The notes beneath the pieces are model-generated. The model worked only from the letters and a program-made list of their open reading frames with translations. It ran no database searches and was not told the origin of the DNA. Of a stretch of 64,000 nt of DNA, positions 20,021 through 28,700 are shown one piece after another (positions within the stretch are counted from its first letter, which is position 1; every line of letters begins with the position of its first letter). The position numbers and the translations under genes were made by a program. Origin of the DNA: a virus (lineage: Duplodnaviria > Caudoviricetes); IMG/VR virus record IMGVR_UViG_3300045747_000505; one strand, given 5' to 3'.

Positions 20021-21721
20021 ATGGCCCTCATCTCCACACTTTCAGAAGCCTCAGGGCACGACATCGCAAGCCTGAAGAAGGTCATGCAGAAGGATCCCCG
20101 CGTCAAGCAGATCTTTCAGAAGGCGCTTGACGTTGACGACCTTGAGAACAAGGTTCAGTTCCTCGCGACGCTGAAGTTCTTTCTGCTGAACAATCGCAAC
20201 GTCATTGACTTCGTGGAGGGTCGCACCTACATCAAGGACATGAGCAAGACCTCGCTGAAGAAGTTCCGCGAGCTGAAGCCTGATGACTTGACGCAGGCGA
20301 AGCTCGACGAGCTGCGCGAGTTCGTTGCCGATCTGTTCCGTGAGCACGGCACCGTCGAGAAATCTGGCGTCTCAGCCACCGCTCGCAAGGCGCTGGTTGA
20401 CTGGGCGAACGGCAACGGGCGCTGGTTCAACCTGTCGAAGCCGATTCAGCAGGAGCTGCTCTCAGTGCCTGGCATTCGCCCAGACAAGAAGATCGTTCTC
20501 TATCGTGGTCTGCTCTTCGGCAATCACGATCTGAAGGAACGCAAGCGCTACGACGGACAGCTCGAGGTCGGGCACGGTCTGAAGTTTCTGCGCTCAGTTC
20601 GCAACGGCGGGCGCGTCGTTGACCTTGAGTGGGACCGTCCAAGCTCGTGGTCGACGAGCCGTGAGGTCGCCGAGAAGTTCGCTCGCTTCGCGCCAGCCGG
20701 CTCCAACTTCTCCGCCACGCTACAGTGGCTGTCTCGTGATGGCAAGATCGACGGCGACCTCGGCTTCATCGTCTCGATGCTCGTCGATCCAAAGGACATC
20801 CTCATCGACATGAATCGTCTTCAGACCGCTGCTCACCTACAGCACGGCAATGAGGGCGAGATCATCGTCGCGCCTGGCACCTACACCTGCCGCGTCAACA
20901 CGAAGTACACGAAGGCTGGTGAGGTTGATCCTACCGCCTCCGTCAAGGGCGACGAGAAGATGACTGAGCTCGCCTCAACCGTCAAGGACTTCGCAACGGG
21001 CTGGTCGCACAAGATTGATACGGATCTGCAGCATGGTAATTGGGGTCTTGCTGATGCCGATCGTGCGCTGAAGGACGGCAACATTGAGCACCTCAAGAAG
21101 CTCATCGCGCCTGGCTTCAAGGACAAGCTCATCGCTGACACAGACGATCTGCAAACGTTCTACCGCGACCACATCAAGGGTCTCACGGACGACGAGGTCG
21201 AGACCGCTGTCGCTCACGCCGACCACGGCAAGGTCGCTGCATGGATCAGTGAGCTGCGCAAGACGGCGAACACCTCGCTGCGCCACAAGGACTTTGTGAC
21301 GAAGGACAACTTTCGTGGCGATGCCAAGCATGGCGACGCCAAGGGTCATCACATTCGCGATTCGTACAATGGCTGGCTGTCGAAGGACATCAAGGGCATC
21401 AAGTACGGCGTGCGCTTCACCGACCGTGGCGAGGGTGCTGTCTTCGGCAATTTGATGAAGGCCTTCGTCAAAGACGAGAGTGGCGATTGGAATCGCCGAA
21501 GCAAGGTCGATCAGCAGAAGGCGCTCGACAAGCTCATCCCAGCATTCTTCAAGCAGATGGGTCTCTCTGAACCTGAGGACAAGGACGCCGCGATTCAGAA
21601 GATGGGGCTTGCACTTCTCACCGCTGAGCGCAATGCTCGCATGATTGACAATCTCGCACACGCTCGCACCGAGCTCGACAAAGCGCTGGGCACCATCCCA
21701 GACACCGACACCGACAACTGA
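20021..21721 (+). CDS. Late protein with ADP-ribosyltransferase-like domain (Alt-like)
   Basis: LYRG 20498-20509, SSWST..VAEKFA, NEGEII (R-S-E pattern); TAAATA 19990-19995; N-terminus MALISTLSEA. Confidence 0.6.
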   Translation: MALISTLSEASGHDIASLKKVMQKDPRVKQIFQKALDVDDLENKVQFLATLKFFLLNNRNVIDFVEGRTYIKDMSKTSLKKFRELKPDDLTQAKLDELREFVADLFREHGTVEKSGVSATARKALVDWANGNGRWFNLSKPIQQELLSVPGIRPDKKIVLYRGLLFGNHDLKERKRYDGQLEVGHGLKFLRSVRNGGRVVDLEWDRPSSWSTSREVAEKFARFAPAGSNFSATLQWLSRDGKIDGDLGFIVSMLVDPKDILIDMNRLQTAAHLQHGNEGEIIVAPGTYTCRVNTKYTKAGEVDPTASVKGDEKMTELASTVKDFATGWSHKIDTDLQHGNWGLADADRALKDGNIEHLKKLIAPGFKDKLIADTDDLQTFYRDHIKGLTDDEVETAVAHADHGKVAAWISELRKTANTSLRHKDFVTKDNFRGDAKHGDAKGHHIRDSYNGWLSKDIKGIKYGVRFTDRGEGAVFGNLMKAFVKDESGDWNRRSKVDQQKALDKLIPAFFKQMGLSEPEDKDAAIQKMGLALLTAERNARMIDNLAHARTELDKALGTIPDTDTDN

Positions 21722-21745
21722 TTCCCTCTCCAACCAAGCACCACT

Positions 21746-22054
21746 ATGGGCGAACACCTGAACACCAAGAAAGATCCCTCCAAGCACCACAAGCGTGGTT
21801 TCTCCGAGGGCGTAGACGTCGTCACGCAGCGCAAGTCGAAAGCGTCCTTCAAGAACTACCTTCAGGATCTGGAGGACGACCTCATGAATGAGGAGCTCGC
21901 GGCGAACGAAGAGTGGATCATCGAGAAGCTCGTGGAGGGTGAGTGGGTTCGTGCTGACGACTTCTCAAGCCCGAGCGTCGACCACGCTGAGTATCACATG
22001 GTGATGATGGCAGGCATCGATGACATCGACCAGTACCGCGTCACGCTAGGTTGA
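21746..22054 (+). CDS. Hypothetical protein
   Basis: ORF. Confidence 0.65.
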   Translation: MGEHLNTKKDPSKHHKRGFSEGVDVVTQRKSKASFKNYLQDLEDDLMNEELAANEEWIIEKLVEGEWVRADDFSSPSVDHAEYHMVMMAGIDDIDQYRVTLG

Positions 22055-22102
22055 GTTCTATCGGGAGCGACATAAATAGGAGACATTCTGTGGATCCTAT
22101 TT

Positions 22103-22588
22103 ATGTACGTTGTCCCGCTAGCAGGCGATCGCATCACCAATAAGAACGGACTGCCCTTCAAGGTCGTCTCGTTCACCAACTACAAGAAAGAAGGCCCAGC
22201 GGTTATCGCTGAGCCTTTGGGGGGTGGCGAGTCTGAGACGGTGCTGTTCACTGAGATCGACGAGCTGAACGGGCAGAAGCCACGCTTCATCAAGGACGAC
22301 AAGGCCTTCAAGGTCTTCGAGATCGACGGCGTGCTTGATCGTGAGTGGGACCTACCACAGCCAGGTGATAAATTTTCAAGCGGCGATCGATCCTACAAGC
22401 TCGTGCGCTTGAAGCTGCACGTCAAGGATGAGCTCAGCCGTGGCTTGATTCTCGTTTCGACGAGCGACGAGGCTGATGGCACAGTCGATTTGGTGCTTGG
22501 CAACATCGACGCCATTGACGGAGCTCGCTTCGCGAAGGCCAAGTTCCTCGCCTACTACTCAGACTATCGTGAGAAGGGTACAGCATGA
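22103..22588 (+). CDS. Hypothetical late protein
   Basis: TAAATA 22073-22078 and GGAG upstream. Confidence 0.7.
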   Translation: MYVVPLAGDRITNKNGLPFKVVSFTNYKKEGPAVIAEPLGGGESETVLFTEIDELNGQKPRFIKDDKAFKVFEIDGVLDREWDLPQPGDKFSSGDRSYKLVRLKLHVKDELSRGLILVSTSDEADGTVDLVLGNIDAIDGARFAKAKFLAYYSDYREKGTA

Positions 22589-22803
22589 AGCTGCTGGACA
22601 ACATCGAAAAGCACCCGTATCAGGGCTACACCCTTGAGCACGGCATCGAGCGCATTCGCGTGAAGGTCCCGCTGCGAAGCTCTCGAGCCTTCGAAGCTGC
22701 CATCGCCGAAGCAATCGCTGAGGGAGCTCCAACCAAATCAACGCTGCTTGAGATCGTCGCCAATCACGGCGGATCACAACGGTCAGCTAAGCGGAGCGTC
22801 TGA
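22585..22803 (+). CDS. Hypothetical protein
   Basis: Coupled ORF. Confidence 0.65.
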   Translation: MKLLDNIEKHPYQGYTLEHGIERIRVKVPLRSSRAFEAAIAEAIAEGAPTKSTLLEIVANHGGSQRSAKRSV

Positions 22804-24149
22804 TGGCCACTCAACTCTTTTCCAACAATGCCGTCTCGCTCCTTGCTGCTCCAATAGCAGCAACGGACACGATGATGACCGTGATGACCAATCACGGCAC
22901 CCTGTTCCCACAACCAACGAACGACGGCTCTGACTACTTTCTGATCACGCTTGAGGATCAGACTGGGACCTATCGAGAAATCATTCGTGTTCGCGCTCGC
23001 TATGGTGACACGTTCACGGACATTCAACGTGGACAAGAAGGCTCTACACAACGGGCGTGGAGCGCATCTGCTGGTAGCGACACGCTCGTCGACCATCGTA
23101 TCACTGCCGAGACGATGCGACTGGCGATGCAGCTTCCGCTACCGCCAGTGTCGCCGTCTGGTGGCATTCAAGGCGTCACGGTTCAGGATGAAGGTGTTGT
23201 TCTCCCAGCGCTCGCAACGACGCTGAACTTCGTCGGCACCAACGTTAGCGTCACTGGCAACGGCGCCACGAAGACCGTTACCATCGCTGGCACTGGCGGA
23301 ACCGGACCAGCCGGCCCTACTGGGCCTATGGGTCCCGAAGGTCCAGCCGGTCCTGCCGGTCCGTCTGGTATTCAAGGCGTCACGCTTCAGGAGGAGGGCG
23401 TTGCGCTCTCCACTCTGGCAACGACGCTGAACTTCGTTGGTCCGAACGTCACGGTCACCGGTGCTGGTGCTACGAAGACCGTCACGATTGACGCCTACTC
23501 TGGTCCATCAGGCATTCTTGGCATTGAGGTTCAAGACGAGAGCGTTCCAATCGCTGGGCTGGCTACGAAGCTGGACTTCGCTGGCGCTGGTGTCAGCGTT
23601 GTGGACAACGGCAACACCAAGACCATCGTCATTCCAGGCGCAACGGCAGGCATTCAAGGCATCACGGTCGAGGATGAGGGCGTTGCTCTTGTCAATCCAG
23701 CCGTCGGGCTGAACTTCACTGGTGCAGGCGTCACGGTCACTGGCTCTGGCGCCACGAAGATAGTCAACATTCCTGGCGGTGGCAGCACTGGTACGGCGTG
23801 GATCAACGGTGCTTCTGCCGGTCCTACAGAGGTCGACGTTGGTTGGACGCTGCCAATCAGCTCGGTGACCTACTCGCAGTTCAACCGTGGCTTCAAGTTC
23901 TTCGTCACCATCGTGATGCCTGCGAATGGCAGAACGATGACGTGCGAGGTTGCCGTCACCGTGACCGGCGACATCAGCGCCAACGCAGAAACAGCAGACT
24001 GGACGACCTACGCCGTCGTTGGACCTCGCCTGCTCGGATCAATTGGTTGCTCGCTCAACACGGTTTCTAACACGCTGCATCTGACGTGGACGAACAACGA
24101 GGCGCTCACAACGCAAGTGATGTGCACACGAATTCAGCACGCTTTGTGA
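22803..24149 (+). CDS. Virion fibre protein with collagen-like segment
   Basis: N-terminal EIIRV..R.GDTFT.IQRGQEG fibre-anchor motif; (GPx)n; four repeats of about 42 aa. Confidence 0.8.
   Translation: MATQLFSNNAVSLLAAPIAATDTMMTVMTNHGTLFPQPTNDGSDYFLITLEDQTGTYREIIRVRARYGDTFTDIQRGQEGSTQRAWSASAGSDTLVDHRITAETMRLAMQLPLPPVSPSGGIQGVTVQDEGVVLPALATTLNFVGTNVSVTGNGATKTVTIAGTGGTGPAGPTGPMGPEGPAGPAGPSGIQGVTLQEEGVALSTLATTLNFVGPNVTVTGAGATKTVTIDAYSGPSGILGIEVQDESVPIAGLATKLDFAGAGVSVVDNGNTKTIVIPGATAGIQGITVEDEGVALVNPAVGLNFTGAGVTVTGSGATKIVNIPGGGSTGTAWINGASAGPTEVDVGWTLPISSVTYSQFNRGFKFFVTIVMPANGRTMTCEVAVTVTGDISANAETADWTTYAVVGPRLLGSIGCSLNTVSNTLHLTWTNNEALTTQVMCTRIQHAL
23160..23780 (+). repeat. Four coding repeats GIQGVTVQDEGV..LATTLNFVG..VTVTG.GATKTVTI, with a Gly-Pro-X collagen stretch after the first
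   Basis: Visible in translation; coordinates approximate. Confidence 0.8.
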
Positions 24150-24217
24150 CCTTCAGATAAATACACACGAACCCCATCCCGCGCCCGGCTTTGGGCAACA
24201 ATTCTTAGGAGATACAA

Positions 24218-25624
24218 ATGGCACTCTCAATGTTCCGCATCGAACGTGGTCTTGACCTCGACAACTCAGTCCAGTACCTGCAAGGCAACGTCGCCCCAGG
24301 CGCAGCTGGTGATACCGCTGCCGCTCCGGTCGGCTCCGTCTATACCGACAACGTCACTGGTCAGCTCTACACGAAGATCGCAGCCGGCACTGGCCTCGAC
24401 AAGTGGCAGAAGATGGCGTCTGAGACGTACGTCGACAATGCCCTCGGTGCTACCGTTTCTTGGCGTGAACCAGTCATCGTTCGCGACAACGTCGCTTCGT
24501 CGCTGCCAACCGGCACGGCAACGCAACCAATCGTCGTTGATGGCGTCTCGGTCAGCAACGGCCAACGCGTGCTGTTCTCGGCAATCGTCGGCGGCAATGG
24601 CAAGAACATCTACGTCTACAATCAGGCCACTGGCGCCTTCGTTGAAGACGTCAATCCAGAAACGAACGGTGACGCCGTCTACGTCGACAGCGGTACCGCT
24701 GCTGGCAAGACCTTCATCTACAACGGCGCTGACTGGGTTCAGTCTGACCAATCGTCCCTCGACGAGCTCGGCTACATCCGTGCCTTCATCGGCAAGAACG
24801 CTGCCGGCAACGACGTCCCTGGCTACACCTCGACCAACTTCGTCGTTCAGTCGTCTGACCTCGAAACCGCTGTCTCCGCTCTCGACCTCGAGCTCGGTGC
24901 CAACGTCGCGCTCGGCAACTACATCGATCCGGCTGCCAAGATCAACGCCAACATTCAGTCACTTGACACCGCCATCGGCGCCAACGTCACGACTGGTGGC
25001 TTCATCGCTGCTGCGAACAAGGTCCAAGGCAACATTCAGGCAATCGACACTCACCTCGGCGTGAACTTCGTCGTCGGCAACTACATCGGCGCCGGTCAAA
25101 CCGTCTCTGGTGCTGTCACCGCTCTCGACGTGGCGATTGGTCCAAACGTTGTCGACGGCAACTGGATCCTCGCTGCCAACAAGGTTCAGCAGAACGTTCA
25201 AGCACTTGACGCCGAGATCGGTGCCAACGTCACGAACGGTGGCTACATTCTCGCCGCCAACAAGGTCAACGCCAACATTCAGTCGCTCGACGCAGCGATG
25301 ACCAAGGCGACACAGCAAACTGCCGTCACCAACGTCACCTCCGTTCAGAACATCGACGTCCTCCCAGTCGGCGTCACCGCTGCCAAGTGGTTCGTCCGTG
25401 TCGAGCTCATCTCTGACCTGACCCGCGTCTACGCCACTGAAGTCTACGCTGTCACCGATGGCACGGCTTCTGACTACACTCGCTACGGCACGCTCGTCCT
25501 CGGCACCGCCATCCCAGGCCTGGTCGTCTCGGTCGACGTCGACGGCACTGGCGCTCTGCGTCTCCGTGCTGCTGCCACCGGCGCTGTCAACGTTGTCGCT
25601 CGCCGCGCTTCAGTCATCGCCTAA
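24218..25624 (+). CDS. Virion structural protein (fibre/baseplate-like)
   Basis: TAAATA 24158-24163; about five 27-aa repeats (LD.AIGANV..G.YI.AANKV..NIQ). Confidence 0.8.
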   Translation: MALSMFRIERGLDLDNSVQYLQGNVAPGAAGDTAAAPVGSVYTDNVTGQLYTKIAAGTGLDKWQKMASETYVDNALGATVSWREPVIVRDNVASSLPTGTATQPIVVDGVSVSNGQRVLFSAIVGGNGKNIYVYNQATGAFVEDVNPETNGDAVYVDSGTAAGKTFIYNGADWVQSDQSSLDELGYIRAFIGKNAAGNDVPGYTSTNFVVQSSDLETAVSALDLELGANVALGNYIDPAAKINANIQSLDTAIGANVTTGGFIAAANKVQGNIQAIDTHLGVNFVVGNYIGAGQTVSGAVTALDVAIGPNVVDGNWILAANKVQQNVQALDAEIGANVTNGGYILAANKVNANIQSLDAAMTKATQQTAVTNVTSVQNIDVLPVGVTAAKWFVRVELISDLTRVYATEVYAVTDGTASDYTRYGTLVLGTAIPGLVVSVDVDGTGALRLRAAATGAVNVVARRASVIA

Positions 25625-25644
25625 GCGTTCTTCGCTTCGCCAAT

Positions 25645-25676
25645 GAAAGGGCTCATTCGGGAGCCCTTTCTGTTTT
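25645..25676 (+). terminator. Rho-independent terminator
   Basis: GAAAGGGCTC-ATTCGG-GAGCCCTTTC then TGTTTT. Confidence 0.85.
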
Positions 25677-25715
25677 CTGAATAAATAGGACATCACTCCT
25701 ACTCGGAAGCAGCAC

Positions 25716-28700
25716 GTGGCAAATTTCGACCTCGCATTTCAGCCAGAGAATGGCATCAACCTCGACGGGCTCGTCGGCATCTTCACCGGCATCATTGACC
25801 CGTCAATCGTTGGTGAGGCGGCGCCAATCGGCTCGCTCTACCTCAGCACCTCTGGTCGCCTCTATCAGAAGGTCACCGCGCTCGATACAGGGTGGATGGT
25901 CTTCTCACAAGGTCTTGGCGAAGCGCTGAAGATCTCAGCGACCGACACGACGGCTGGCTACCTCAACACGAAGCTGCTGACCTCAGCAGCGCTGACCAAG
26001 ACGGTCGGCAATGCTGGTGCTAACGAGACGCTCACGCTTGATCTAGCAAGCGTCGGCACCGCTGGCACGTATCGCTCGGTCACGACGAACTCCAAGGGTC
26101 AGGTCACCGCTGGTACCAATCCAACGACCCTTTCCGGCTACGGCATCACCGACGCGCAGCCACTGGCTACGAACCTTACGGCGCTCGCTGGCGTCGCAAC
26201 AACAGGACTCTATGTTCGTCAAACTGCTGGTGGCACAACTATCACTCGCACAATCGTCGGCACGACGAACCAGATCAACGTACTTGCTGGCGACGGCGTC
26301 AGCGGAAACCCGACGCTCTCATTCTCATCGACCGTTCTGTTTCCAGGCACGACTGGCATTCGACCGCCAAGCGGCACCACGGCTCAGCGCGTTGCCACCG
26401 CCTCGTACCTGCGCTTCAATACAACCACGGCAGCGCTCGAGTACTACAACGGCACCACGTGGGTCTCACTCGTCGCCTCCACTGGCGGCACAGTCACCTC
26501 CATCAGCACGGTAGCGCCAACTGAAGGTCTCACAATCACTGGCGGTCCAATCACCGCGGCTGGCACGCTGACCTTCACGCTTGCCAACGATCTCGCCGCT
26601 CTTGAGAGCATCGCAACCACTGGCTTCAGCGCTCGCATCGGCACGGACACTTGGGCGGCGCGCAACCTCACTGGCACGCTCGACCGTCTCGAAATCACAA
26701 ACGGTGCTGGCGTCGCTGGTGACCCAACCTTCGACATCGCCTCTACCTACGCGGGTCAATCGTCCATCATCACGCTCGGCAACATCACGACTGGCTCTTG
26801 GGCTGCGACGACGATTGACATTGGTCACGGTGGCACGGGTCGCACCAGCATCGGCGGCGCCAACACTGTCCTCGGCGTAAACACGACCGCCACAGCTCTT
26901 GAGTACAAGGTCATCGTTGGCGGTACTGGCATCAGCGTCTCACCAACTGCCAATCAACTACAGATCACCAACAGCGGCGTCACATCGGTGACTGGCACGA
27001 CCAATCAGGTCAACGTCTCTGGCAGCACCGGCTCCATCACGTTCTCGCTGCCACAGTCGATCGCTACGACGTCCACGCCAACGTTCGCGCAGGTTACCGT
27101 TGCAGCTGATCCAGCTGCACCGTTGCAGCTCGCTACCAAGCAGTACGTTGACAACGCTGTTCAAGGTCTCGATGCCAAGCAGTCGGTCGCCGCTGCGACC
27201 ACGACGAACATCACGCTGAGCGGTGAGCAGACGATCGACAACGTGGCGCTCGACACGGGTGATCGTGTCCTCGTCAAGAACCAGACGACCGCTTCACAGA
27301 ACGGTATCTACGTTGTTTCGTCCGGTGCGTGGACTCGCGCACTCGATCTCGACACCTGGGCTGAGGCTGTTGACGCCTTCACCTTCGTCGAGGGTGGCAT
27401 CGCTCTGGCTGGCACTGGGTGGATTGCCAACGGCTCCCGCACTGGCACCATCGACACCACCGCGATGCCGTGGGTTCAGTTCTCACAGGCAGGCGTCGTC
27501 AACGCCGGCGGTGGTCTCACGCAGTCGGGCACGACCATCAGTCTGTCACCAGTCGGCACCGCCGGCACGTACAACGACGTTACAACGAACGCCTACGGTC
27601 AGGTCATCAGTGGCACGAACCAACCATACCTCACCGCCAATCAGAACATCACGCTTCAGGGCGATGTCACCGGTGTTGGCAACACGCTCATCACCACCGC
27701 GCTCTCGGCAACCGGCGTGGCGCCTGGCACCTACAAGTCGGTGACCGTCGATGCCAAGGGTCGCATTGGCGCCGCCACGAATCCAACCACGCTCGCTGGC
27801 TACGGCATCACCGACGCGCAGCCAATCAACGCCTATCTGACGGCGCTGTCTGGTCTGGCGACCAACGGCATCGTCATTCGCTCTGGCAACACGACCACGA
27901 CTCGCACCATCGACGCTGGCTCCACGAAGGTCTCGGTCAACTTCGCCGATGGCGTCGCTGGCAATCCAACGATCGACGTCGTCGAAGCCAACCTTGCGCT
28001 GAACAACATCAGCGGCACGCTTGCGGTCAGCAAGGGCGGCACTGGTCTCAGCGCCGTCAATGGCGCCAACACGCTGCTTGGTGTCAACGCTTCATCGAAC
28101 GCGCTTGAGTACAAGGCGCTCACTGGCACCGGCATCACCATCACGCACTCACCGGCTGGCATCAACTTCACCACCATCAACAACGGCACCGTCACCTCTG
28201 TCGCAGCGACTGGAAGCACGGGTCTGACGGTTGGCGGCACGCCAATCACCAGCGCTGGCACGCTGACCTTCACGCTCAGCACGGAACTTCAGGCGCTCTC
28301 TGGTCTTGCCACGCTCGGCTTCGTGTCGCGCACCGCCGCCAACACCTACGTCACGCGCTCGGTGGTCAGCGGCAACGCTACCATCAGCATCTCGAACCCA
28401 GCCGGCTCAGCTGGCAACGTCAGTCTTGACCTCGCCACCGTCGGCACCGCTGGCACCTTCAAGTCAGTCACGACCGACATCTACGGTCGCGTCACCTCTG
28501 GCACGAATCCAACAACGCTCGCCGGCTATGGCATCACCGATGCCGCACCGAACACGCTCGCCTACCTCACGGTCGGTTCTGAGCCGACGCTGACCAATGA
28601 GCGCCGTCTTGCTGGCACGACCAGCCAGATCACGCTCGCCGACAATGGCGCCAACTCAACGCTTGTCATTGGACTCGCAGCCGACGCCGTGCTTCCAGGC

